Of a DNA stretch of 64,000 nt, positions 1 through 10,060 are shown in pieces (position 1 is the first letter of the stretch; the number at the start of each line of letters is the position of its first letter). The DNA is from Emiliania huxleyi CCMP1516 (taxonomy: Eukaryota). The notes below the pieces were generated by a model. The model saw only the letters and a list, made by a program, of their open reading frames with translations, made no database searches and had not been told where the DNA came from. The stretch spans positions 853,331 through 917,330 of the forward strand of contig NW_005202428.1 in NCBI RefSeq assembly GCF_000372725.1, written 5' to 3'. Both the position numbers and the translations under genes were made by a program.

Positions 1-1274
1 TCGCGGCCGTCTCGCTGCTCTTCCACGCCTCGCTTGCGCTGGAGGGCATCCGCTTGCGCCTGCAAGAGGCCGGCTACGAGCCGCCGGCGCAGCCAGAGGG
101 CGAGAGCTGCGCCGTGCGGTGGCTGTGCTATTCGGCGCTGCTGCGCGAGGCCAGCCCGCCGGCGAGGGCGGCGGCAGGCACTTACCACAGCCTCTTCATC
201 GACGGCGAGGGGCGGCTCTCGTCGTGCGGCTCGGCGCAGTCCTACCTTCCAGGGCTCCTCGGTCACGGCGAGAATGTGACGCAGCTCAACACGCCGACCC
301 GCCTCCCTTCTCCGCTGGGCGGCGAGCGTGCTGTGAGCGTGTCGGCTGGAGCGTACCACAGCCTCGCCCTCGGCGCCGACGGCTCTGTCTGGAGCTGGGG
401 CGATGGAGGCCTCGGCCAGCTGGGCCACGGCGACCAGCAGGAGCAGCTGGAGCCAAAGAAGATCGAGGCTTTGGCTGGCCAGCGTGTCGTCGCTGTGTCG
501 GCTGGACAGTTCCACAGCATCGCCATCACCGTCGACGGCGCTGTCTGCAGCTGGGGCTATGGATACTTTGGCCGGTTGGGCCACGGCGACCAGGAGAACC
601 AGCTGCTGCCCAAGAAGATCGAGGCCTTTAATGGGCAGCGTGTCGTCGCTGTGTCGGCTGGAACCGCGCACAGCCTCGCCATCACCGTCGACGGCGCTGT
701 CTGCAGCTGGGGCTATGGATACTTTGGCCGGTTGGGCCACGGCGACCAGGAGACCCAGCTGCTGCCCAAGAAGATCGAGGCCTTTAATGGGCAGCGTGTC
801 GTCGCCGTGTCGGCTGGAGATGGGTACAGCTTCGCCATCACCGCCGACGGCGCCGTCTGGAGCTGGGGCAGTGGAATTGGGGGCATGCTGGGCCACGGCG
901 ATGGGCAGAACCAGCTGCTGCCCAAGAAAGTTGAGGCGTTTGCTGACCAGCGTGTCGTCGCCGTGTCGGTGGGAATGTCTCACAGCCTCGCCCTCACCGC
1001 CGACGGCGCTGTCTGGAGCTGGGGCGATGGAGGCTTTGGCAAGCTGGGCCACGGCGACGAGCAGAACCAGCTGCTGCCGAAGAAGATCGAGGCCTTGGCT
1101 GGCCAGCGCGTCGTCGCTGTGTCGGCTGCAGGCTTCCACAGCTTCGCCATCACCGTCGACGGCGCCGTCTTAGCCTGGGGCAGGGGCGAACACGGCTGCC
1201 TAGGCCACGGAGAGGACGTGACCAAGCAGCTGCTGCCCAAGAAGATCGAGGGGTGGGCGCAGCCGCAGGATTGA
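1..1274 (+). CDS. RCC1-repeat (7-bladed beta-propeller) protein, 5'-partial; paralogue of the F-box/RCC1 gene at 4643-6034
   Basis: Repeated ~52-aa units VVAVSAGxxHSxAxTxDGAVWSWGxGxxGxLGHGD...LLPKKIEA. The window start matches nt 4779 onward of the second copy. Stop TGA at 1272-1274. Confidence 0.9.
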   Translation, partial: AAVSLLFHASLALEGIRLRLQEAGYEPPAQPEGESCAVRWLCYSALLREASPPARAAAGTYHSLFIDGEGRLSSCGSAQSYLPGLLGHGENVTQLNTPTRLPSPLGGERAVSVSAGAYHSLALGADGSVWSWGDGGLGQLGHGDQQEQLEPKKIEALAGQRVVAVSAGQFHSIAITVDGAVCSWGYGYFGRLGHGDQENQLLPKKIEAFNGQRVVAVSAGTAHSLAITVDGAVCSWGYGYFGRLGHGDQETQLLPKKIEAFNGQRVVAVSAGDGYSFAITADGAVWSWGSGIGGMLGHGDGQNQLLPKKVEAFADQRVVAVSVGMSHSLALTADGAVWSWGDGGFGKLGHGDEQNQLLPKKIEALAGQRVVAVSAAGFHSFAITVDGAVLAWGRGEHGCLGHGEDVTKQLLPKKIEGWAQPQD

Positions 1275-1394
1275 CGTCATGAGGACACATGTGGAAAACT
1301 GGACATGCTGGATCTCTGTTAGTAGCGCCAGTCCCGTGCTTATTAGTGTTAAAGAAGATAGCTGTGCTAATCCTTGGAGTTTACGTTTCGGACT

Positions 1395-3635
1395 ATGTCG
1401 CTGCCCTTGCTGGGGCTGCTTGCCGCCGCTGCCGCCGCCGCCGCCGCGCCTGGCCGAGTAGTTGTAGTAAACCCCGTGCTAGCGGCGCGTGGAGTTCAGA
1501 TGCTCTCACGACCGGGCTGCACGGGGAGCCGGAAGGCACACACGAACACTGACGCCGCAAAAGGGGCTTGGCCCGAACCGTGGGCTGGCCTGCCTGCCCG
1601 GCAAGGCCGAGATACCTGGCTACGAGTGGAGAACCTGACGATCCGGAGCGGCGCAGTCAGGCCCGCTGTGCCCGCTGTGCCCGCTGTGCCCGCTGTGCCC
1701 GCTGTGCCCGCTGTGCCCGCTGTGCCCGCTGTGCCCGCTGTGCCCGCTGTGCCCGCTGTGCCCGCTGTGCCCGCTGTGCCCGCTGTGCCCGCTGTGCCCG
1801 CTGTGCCCGCAGACAGGTGGTGCTCTGGGCCTGGCCGAGTGGTGGTCGTGGTACACCCCGTGCTAGCGGCGCGTGGAGTTCAGATGCTCGCACGACCGGG
1901 CTGCACGGGGAGCCGGAAGGCAACCACTGACGCCGCAAGAGGGGCTTGGCCTGAACCGTGGGTTGGCCTGCCTGCCGAGCACGGCCGAGATACCTGTCTA
2001 AGAGTCTCGGCAAGGGATGTGCCCACGTGGTGGGGTTGCCCATGTATGGCGGCTGGCTGGATGGACGAGTGCGCGTTTATGCCCGTGTATGCTCACTGGC
2101 TGGGGTTGGCCTTGGTCGCATTGGTGATGGCCGTGGTGTGGGGAGCCGCTGGTGCACGGGGCGTGAGAGGATGGCCAGACCACGGGTGGCTCGCCTGGCG
2201 AGGCAGGCCGCCGGGCCTGACCACGGGGAGGCTGGGGCAAACCGGCACCAACACTACCACTGACAGAGAGGACACGAGGGGAACAATACCCAGGAACGGA
2301 GCACTCCACTTCGACCCGTCGTGGTACCCGTCCTGGCCCACATGGGGAGCATACGAACTCACGCCCAGCCAGTATGAAAAACGCAAAGAGAGGGAGAGGC
2401 GCCGACCAAGTAGGATGAACAGGCGGAGGAGACTTGGACGGAGGGCGCCAAACCACAGGGCACTGACACAGGCGGCGCTACGGCTAATGCCGATCCAAGC
2501 CCGAAAACGGCGTGTCCGGGCGTGGTGGCGGGGGCAAAAGCGAAGGGAGATGGACCCACACCTAGCCTTCTATGGCGTGCCGGCATACAGGGAGGGGCGG
2601 GAGAGAGCAGGGGCTCGACCTGACGAGGGGAAGGGAGAGGCACAGCCGAGGGCGCCACCTGGGGAGCAGGAGCCAGCAGGAGGAGACGGAGACGGGAAGA
2701 GAGAGGGTAGGGGCAGGCCGCAATCTTGGGAAAGGAGACGGAGAAGGCGCGTTGACGCCAGGGGCCTGCTGCAGAGGCTGGATGAGGAGAGGGCAAGGCG
2801 GGGGGAGGAACTGCTCACGGATCCCGACCTCGAGCACCTAGGGGTGCCGGCAGACTATGTGTGGCAAATGTCAATACAGGAGTGGAACGCGCTCATGCGT
2901 GCGCTGCACGGCAACGGGCGGAACTTGCAAGTCGTGGCCGAGGCGGCGACGGGAGCGGTGCAGAGGTGGATCCAGCTCAATGACGAGGCTACGGCGCGCA
3001 TAATGAAGAGAGAGGAACACATCGAGTGGCTGAGGAAGCTCTTCGCTGGGTGGAAGGAGGCCCGGCCAGCCTTGAGGGAGTCGCGGAGGAGGAGGGATAA
3101 TGGAGGTAACGTGGGAACAGGCCAACAGCCAGTGGGACGAACGAGGGCCGCGACGGCGGCTCAAGCGGGAGGGAGCGGAGACGGTGGGCAGAGAGCGAAG
3201 TGGGTGAGACTGATGATGCTCCTTCGACTTAGGGAGCGGTTCAGCTGCTGGGCGGGCTTCAGGCTGGTGCTCACGCGAACAGGAATCGACGCGATGTGCA
3301 AAGCATACAAGAAGGGGAGAGGGAAGAGGAGAGACGCCGGTGAGGACGAAGCAGAAACTAGCGCAGACGAGAGCAGACGAGACCCGGGGACTGGGGAGCC
3401 GGAGCAGACGGCATCGGCCGCCGAGGGAACGTTGGGAAGAGGCACGAGGAGGGCGGCGACCTCGACCGACTATGGAGGACCCGTCGCCAGGCGACGCAGG
3501 GCAGAAGACGGTGAGGCGGAGCAGACGCGCAGGGCGAGACGAGGGAGGGAGCAGGACTTTGCGGAGATCAGCAGGAGGATGTACGAAGAGATTAGGAGCA
3601 GCAGGGACCCGAGGGACCATGTGGAAGACGGCTAG
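1395..3635 (+). other. Long uninterrupted Arg/Gly-rich ORF of unknown function, possibly mobile-element derived
   Basis: 746-aa ORF from ATG 1395 with an internal ~170-bp duplication and a (VPA)n tract. Purine-rich composition differs from neighbouring genes. No recognisable catalytic domain. Confidence 0.35.
1662..1810 (+). repeat. 9-bp tandem repeat (CCCGCTGTG), about 16 copies
   Basis: Seen directly; encodes (PAV)n in the ORF. Confidence 0.95.
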
Positions 3636-3805
3636 TGCTAGTCCCCCACCGGGAGGACGACCCCGGCTAGTCGCCGACCACACCCACAAAGAACCCTGCA
3701 CAAAGATCGCAAGGGCGGGGGCCTGTTCCTTTTTACCCATCTCACAGTAGAGAGGTGTCCGTTTTTATTTATTGCTGCGTGTGCGAGAGAAAAACGGCGT
3801 GAACG

Positions 3806-4372
3806 ATGGCGAAGCGGGCTCTCAGTGCTGCCATCGCTACGACGAGCGGCGGCGGCAGCAGCGCTCTGACGGCGACGTCCACCGGCCCCGCATTCTGGCT
3901 GATCAAGTCGGAGCCGGCAGACTACTCGATCGCTGCACTGCGCGTCGAGGGGCGGACGGTTTGGGACGGCGTTCGGAACCCGACTGCGCGCAAGCACCTC
4001 CGCGCGATGCAGGTCGGTGACCAGTGCCTCTTCTACCACAGCTCGTGCAAACAGATCGGCGTTGTGGGGCTCGCCACCGTGTGTCGGGCGCATTACGCCG
4101 ACCCGGCTGATCAGGCGTGGGCAGTGGTGGACGTGGAGTACCAGGACACCTACCGCCAGATCATCTCGCTGGATGCCCTCAAGCAGCACAGGGATGGGGC
4201 TCTGGCCGGCATGGCTCTCTTCAAGATGTCCCGCCTCTCGGTCCAGCCAGTCTCGCGGCCGCACTTTGACTTCATCGCAACCACGCTCGTGCCGAGCGAG
4301 GGGCCCGTGACCAACCCATTCCACGCGGACTTCGAGGACGACGGCGGCCTTCAGAAGAAGGCGAGGCGGTGA
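3806..4372 (+). CDS. EVE-domain protein (THYN1/thymocyte nuclear protein-like)
   Basis: FWLIKSEP...[27 protein letters not shown]...SRLSVQPV, the typical EVE signature. Confidence 0.9.
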   Translation: MAKRALSAAIATTSGGGSSALTATSTGPAFWLIKSEPADYSIAALRVEGRTVWDGVRNPTARKHLRAMQVGDQCLFYHSSCKQIGVVGLATVCRAHYADPADQAWAVVDVEYQDTYRQIISLDALKQHRDGALAGMALFKMSRLSVQPVSRPHFDFIATTLVPSEGPVTNPFHADFEDDGGLQKKARR

Positions 4373-4388
4373 CACGGACCCCGCCAAT

Positions 4389-4392
<4 letters not shown>

Positions 4393-4487
<95 letters not shown>

Positions 4488-4500
4488 TCTCTCTCTCTCT
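4393..4500. repeat. (CT)n microsatellite
   Basis: Seen directly. Confidence 0.97.
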
Positions 4501-4642
4501 CGCGCGCGCGTGATACGCACGCTAGCTCTTGTACGGTATGCGTTCGAGTATATGGGGCGAGTTTTTGTTTACTAGCTGTAAAAGAAGTTTGAATTCTTGC
4601 TTCAAATTCTTTTTCCTGGCGATCACATCAGGGAGCTTAGGT

Positions 4643-6034
4643 ATGTCCCCACAACGCCGCTCGCGCCGCCTCGCCGCCGCCGCCGCCGCCGCCGCCGCAC
4701 ACTGCCCCCTCACCGACCTGCCCACGGAGCTCCTCGCGCGCGTCATCTCCCGCTGCGACCCCGCCGACATCGCTCGCATCGCGGCCGTCTCGCTGCTCTT
4801 CCACGCCTCGCTTGCGCTGGAGGCCATCCGCTTGTGGGCGCAAGAGCGCGGCTTCGAGCTGCCAGCGCAGCCAGAGGGCGAGAGCTGCGCCGTGCGGTGG
4901 CTGTGCGTTTATGCCTTGCTGCGCGAGTTCAACCCGCCGGCGAGGGCGGCGGCAGGCCTGTACCACAGCCTCTTCATCGACGGCGAGGGGCGGCTCTCGT
5001 CGTGCGGCTCGGCTCTGTCCTACTTCCCAGGGCTGCTCGGGCACGGCGAGGGCGTGACGCGGCTGAACACGCCGACCCGCCTCCCTTCCCCGCTGGGCGG
5101 CGAGCGCGCCGTGAGCGTGTCGGCTGGAGGTGGGCACAGCCTCTCCCTCGCCGCCGATGGCAGTGTCTGGAGCTGGGGCCGTGGCTGCTTTGGCCAGCTG
5201 GGCCAAGGAGACGGGCAGGGCCAGCTGCTGCCAAAGAAGATCGAGGCCTTGGCTGGCCAGCGCGTCCTCGCTGTGTCGGCGGGAAGTGACCACAGTCTCG
5301 CCATCACCGTCGACGGCGCTGTCTGGAGCTGGGGCTATGGAGCCTCTGGCATGCTGGGCCACGGCGACCAACAGAACCAGCTGCTGCCAAAGAAGATCGA
5401 GGCCTTGACTAGCCAGCGCGTCCTCGCTGTGTCAGCAGCAGCCAGCTACAGCCTCGCCCTCACCGCCGACGGGGCTGTCTGGAGCTGGGGCAGTGGTCTC
5501 TACGGCAAGCTGGGCCACGGCAACGGGCAGAACCAGTCGCTGCCGAAGAAGATCGAGGCCTTTGCTGACCAGCGTGTCGTCGCTGTGTCGGCTAGAGGCG
5601 GCCACAGTCTCGCCATCACCGTCGACGGCGCTGTCTGGAGCTGGGGCTATGGAGGCCACGGCCGGCTGGGCCACGGCGACCGGCAGGAGCAGCTGCTGCC
5701 CAAGAAGGTCGAGGCCTTCACTGGGCAGCGCGTCGTCGCTGTGTCGGCTGGATCCGTGCACAGCCTCGCCCGCACCGCCGACGGTGCCGTCTGGAGCTGG
5801 GGCGATGGAGAGGATGGCAAGTTGGGCCACGGCGACGAGCAGAGTCAGCTGCTGCCGAAGAAGGTCGAGGCCTTTGCTGGCCAGCGTGTCGTCGCTGTGT
5901 CGGCTGGAGCGCACCACAACCTCGCCATCGCCGCCGACGGGGCAGTCTTTACCGGGGGCAAGGGCGAGGACGGCTGCCTTGGCCACCGAGAGGACCTGTC
6001 GAACCAGCTGCTGCCCAAGAAGATCGAGGCGTGA
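4643..6034 (+). CDS. F-box-like + RCC1-repeat protein
   Basis: N-terminal LTDLPTELLARVISRCDPADIARIAAVS (F-box-like) followed by about 7 RCC1 repeats. ATG 4643, intronless. Confidence 0.88.
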   Translation: MSPQRRSRRLAAAAAAAAAHCPLTDLPTELLARVISRCDPADIARIAAVSLLFHASLALEAIRLWAQERGFELPAQPEGESCAVRWLCVYALLREFNPPARAAAGLYHSLFIDGEGRLSSCGSALSYFPGLLGHGEGVTRLNTPTRLPSPLGGERAVSVSAGGGHSLSLAADGSVWSWGRGCFGQLGQGDGQGQLLPKKIEALAGQRVLAVSAGSDHSLAITVDGAVWSWGYGASGMLGHGDQQNQLLPKKIEALTSQRVLAVSAAASYSLALTADGAVWSWGSGLYGKLGHGNGQNQSLPKKIEAFADQRVVAVSARGGHSLAITVDGAVWSWGYGGHGRLGHGDRQEQLLPKKVEAFTGQRVVAVSAGSVHSLARTADGAVWSWGDGEDGKLGHGDEQSQLLPKKVEAFAGQRVVAVSAGAHHNLAIAADGAVFTGGKGEDGCLGHREDLSNQLLPKKIEA

Positions 6035-6484
6035 GCGCAGGGGTAGTTAGCTAGAGACTGAGAAGGTGGGTGCAGCAGCGGTGGCGGCGGAACGCGGAAG
6101 CCGCGGCGGAGCGAGGTAGGAGGCGAGACGAGGCCGCAGGATTGAGAGCACGAGGAGGAGGTATCGGATATCGCGGAATTCTGCCCCGCATACGTCAGGG
6201 TATCGGTGCGCGCGCGTTGCGTTTTGACGAAAAGAAGAAGAAAAATCAACCCTTCGAGAAGGGAGAAGTGTGACGGACTGACGGTCACACGGTCTTACAC
6301 CGAGGATCGCTCCTCTTACGCCGCGCGCTAACGTATGCACTACGCGAGCACGTTAATCCGCGAAGCTAGATGAATCAGACCCGAGCTTGCCTCGAGGAGA
6401 TTGCGTGAGCAGTCGTCGCCTCTGTCCGCGGTCGCACCCGCCCACCGCCCGACCCAAGGCAGCGCCCCCGCATCGCCGGACGCC

Positions 6485-8814
6485 TCAGCGGCCGCCGACC
6501 GCGATGCCGAGGAAGTTGCCCGCGAGGCCTCCGACCATCACGAAGAGGCCGACCAGCAGCGAGACGGCCGAGCCGGCCAGTCGCAGGCTGCGCGGGATCA
6601 GCGGGTCGTCGACGCGGAACTTGAGGTCGACGAGGGCGGGGAGGATGTAGATGATCATGCTCGCGCACACAGAGGAGGTCACGCCGAGCACAAGCGCGAG
6701 CGAGAGCGGCAACACGGCAAGAAAAGTTGCGCTGCCGACGAGCGACGCGGAGAGCAGCACGCGCCCAAACAAGCTCGAGACGCCGGCGCCGACGGTTCGC
6801 CTGGCCACGAAGAAGCGCATGGGCAGCGCGAGCGACAGCTGCGCCGCCAGAGCGCCGCGCGCGAGCCGCACCAGGACCTCGACGGTGGTGCCCAGCGCCG
6901 CGGCGCCGCCGAGCGAGTCGAGGATGTTTGGCTCCGTCTCTTCGCAAAACATGCCGTAGCCGTACGCCGCGATGAGCACGTAGTTTGCCTTGGGTCGTCA
7001 ACACGAGGAGGGTCGGGGCGGGGGTGCGGTCTCGTGCCGCGTACTCCGAGCCGCGAGAGCACACCGCGGCTACGAATACAGCTGACTACCACCGAGTGCG
7101 TGCCCTCTCGAGGGTTTTGTCGAAGGACACGCGTCTGCAGTCCAGCATCTAGTGCGGCTTGCGAGGATGACCGCGTTGCTGCCGGCGATGAGGCTGGCGT
7201 ACCGCACCTGCGCGAGTCCAGGCGGAGGCGCGCGCCCGTGAGCGCGCGCGGCCCCTCTCCGCGTGCGTCCCTTGGCGGCAGGGGAAGAGAGCGGGCGCGT
7301 CCATGCGGGGGCGCGGAGAGCCGCGCGAGCAGAGGCGCGGGGGCGGGCACGGGGCTAGGCACGGGGGCGGTGAGGCATCCTAGGCGGCTGCCGGCCGCCG
7401 GTCCTTGAGCGTGCACAGGATGGGGATGTACGCCCACGACGAATTGAGCGCAAAGGAGAGGAGCGGGAGGGAGGCCGCCTGCGGAGCGACTCACCACGGT
7501 CAGCACGACCCACCACGACCCACCACGACCCACCACGACCCACCACGGCCCACCAAGACTCACCACGACCACCACGACCCACCACGGCCAGCACGGAGTG
7601 TCTCGGTGGTCACGGTGTGTGCGGCGCGACTCGGCGCAACGCATGCACACACGGGCTATCACAACGCGTGAAACGCACAGATGAGCACAGTGGGACGCGC
7701 GCTCGAGTGCTGGCTGGGGTACCGCCAGGCACACCGCGTTGCGCATCTAGAGACGCCGCCAGCGAGGTCATCGACGAGGGAAGCCAGCGCAGCGAGCCAG
7801 TCCCGCCAGCGTCGCTGCCCGCCGGGCCTCGGCAGACCGCCGCGCCGAGGGGCGCCTCCCAGGACCAGCGCGTGGAGAGGAGCACGACGACGGTGATGAA
7901 GATGGCGGCGGCGCAGCTGGCGGGAGGGAGCAGCGGCGAGGGGTGGGTGGGTGCTGCTGCCGCCGCGAGTGTTGCTGCTGCTGCTGCTTGCCGCTGTGGT
8001 GGCGGAGGCATTTGAAGCGATAGTAGTACTGGGCGATGGTGGTGTTGGGCGATGGTAGGGTTGGTCGTGATGGTCGTGCTGGGAGGGGGGCGTGCGGTGG
8101 CACACCCGAGCGGCGCGGTCGGCTTGAGTGCGGACAGGTCCTGGCGGGAGGAGAGCGCAAAGTGAAGTGGAATGGCCAGGAAGGGTCGGATGAGTCTCTA
8201 GGAAGGTCCTTGCAGGAGGAGAGCGGGAAGATGAAGAGGGTGGCGACCGCGGTCAGGCACAGCCCGCCGTCCAGTCCGGTGAGCGAGCCGAGCTCGCCCT
8301 TGAGGATGACCTGCAGGACGGTTCCGAGAAGGTTCGGGGGACAGTCCTGAAGAAAAAGCGCTTCCGAGGTCTCGCGAACCAGGAAGGAGAGGGCGCCGCC
8401 CCAGGCGTACATGGCCAGCAGCGCCGCGCACACCGTGCTGCCCAGCCTCCCCAGCACCCGCGTCACCAGTTCGGCGTATGACTCGATGCAGGCCGGCGGA
8501 CCGCCCGGCGGGTCGGGTCGAAAATGGAGCTCGTAGACGGAGAGGGTGTAGCACGAGTGGATGGAGAGGACACCGAAGGCGAGCAGCGCCACGAGGCCGA
8601 ACCCAAGCCCCAGCTGGCTCAGCGCGTACGGCAGCACCAGCTGGCCCGCGCCCAGCACCGCTAGGACCAAGTTGGCCACGCAGCCGCCGAGTCCCACGCT
8701 GCAAACGTGCTTCGCCTGGTCCGCGGCACGCCCGCCGTGGTGGTCGTCGGCCACGTCGACAGCGTGGCAGCCTTCCTCGCCGGCCGGGAGGAGGGGCGCG
8801 GAGTCTACCGGCAT
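6485..8814 (-). CDS. Amino-acid transporter, AAAP/Aa_trans (SLC38-like), multi-exon
   Basis: Exons read NLVLAVLGAGQLVLPYALSQLGL, ESYAELVTRVLG, FPLSSCKDLSALK, LPLLSFAL, AAYGYGMFCEETEPNIL and LGVTSSVCASMIIYILPAL. Splice sites inferred. Confidence 0.85.
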
Positions 8815-9241
8815 TTGCGCGCTGTACCCGAGTACAAGGCCATCAAGCGGGGGCCCCCTCGGGACTTTCAGGGTTCGGGACTTGCTTGGATGGGAACGGC
8901 GTACAGGCCCCAGCCCCAGTGGCCACATCGCATACGCACCCGCATTTTGAGGGAGACCCACGCGCACCTACCTCTACACCGACCACACCCTATTGCACTG
9001 CACGAACGCTGAAGTAAGTGTGAAGAGAGCCGCCGAGCCGCCGCCCGCCTGGCCCAGGGCGAGAAGAGAAGCCCTTTTCGCAACGTACTGCGGACTGTCG
9101 TTGATTATATAAGGTTCGACCCGGAAGGCGGATGGTTCCCCGCGCACACCGGCGCGGCAACGAGAACACGAGGCAATCCGGGGAGCCTGGCCACAGACAC
9201 ACATACACACACACTATACAGAGTTAGGTGTGGTGAATGGC

Positions 9242-9835
9242 TTAGCGGCCGGAGGAGTAGTAGTCCTTGCCGGAGCCAACGTTGCCCACCTTCTTCTTGA
9301 TGTAGTCGGACTGGTAGTAGGTGCCCGCCTTCTGCATCTTCTCGCGCTGCGACCGCAGGTTCTTGACGTTCTTGGCCTTCTTGGCGTTCATGTCGTCGCG
9401 CTCCGCCTTGAGGTAGGCCGGGTTGACGTTGCCGCTGGGGAGGAAGATGGGCACGCCATATTTGGACTTGCCCTCCGCCTTCTGGAACCTCTGGATGAAG
9501 TTGCCGAAGCCATACGACTGCTCCTGCAGCTTGTCGCCGCCACCGGGGTAGTTGGAGCCCGGCGACAGCGGCTTGGCCTTGCCGGTGATCCTGGCCGTCG
9601 GATTCATCACCGCCGTGTTGCCTCCGAACTCGGACAGGAAGGCGCGGCCGCCCGCTGGCGCCTTCTTTGCAGGCGCAGCACGGGGCGTCGAGGCGCCGCC
9701 GCGGTCGGGTGCCGTCTTGGCGGCGAGGTCCTTGAGGAAGTTCATCTGCGGAGCGTCGAGGCCGCGGGCGAGGCCCGAGGGAACGCCAGCCGGAGCGACG
9801 AAGGAGGACGTGGAGGAGGCGAGAAGCGCGAGCAT
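9242..9835 (-). CDS. Hypothetical basic protein with probable bipartite plastid presequence
   Basis: MLALLASSTSS-FVAP signal/transit-like N-terminus, strong GC3 codon bias, Lys-rich C-terminus. Confidence 0.7.
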   Translation of the reverse strand: MLALLASSTSSFVAPAGVPSGLARGLDAPQMNFLKDLAAKTAPDRGGASTPRAAPAKKAPAGGRAFLSEFGGNTAVMNPTARITGKAKPLSPGSNYPGGGDKLQEQSYGFGNFIQRFQKAEGKSKYGVPIFLPSGNVNPAYLKAERDDMNAKKAKNVKNLRSQREKMQKAGTYYQSDYIKKKVGNVGSGKDYYSSGR

Positions 9836-10060
9836 GGCGGGATCGATCAGATTCTGGGGGACAGAAAGCAGGGACACTACGCGGAATGCTAGGAAATTTC
9901 CCGCTCTGATTCCACTGGGTGTGTGTGTTGTAAAGAAAGAAAGAAAAAAACTGACAAAGTGTGTGTTGTTGGCAAGTCAAGAAAGTCGCGAAGTTTCTTT
10001 GTGTGTGCCCTGCGCGCCGCCACAACACCAGTCCAGCGCCAGGATTCTACCATCACCGCG

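Noticed and set aside
1..6034. RCC1 proteins as the UV-B photoreceptor UVR8
   Set aside because: The GWRHT tryptophan-triad motifs and the UVR8 C-terminal VP motif are absent; an F-box-like N-terminus is present instead.
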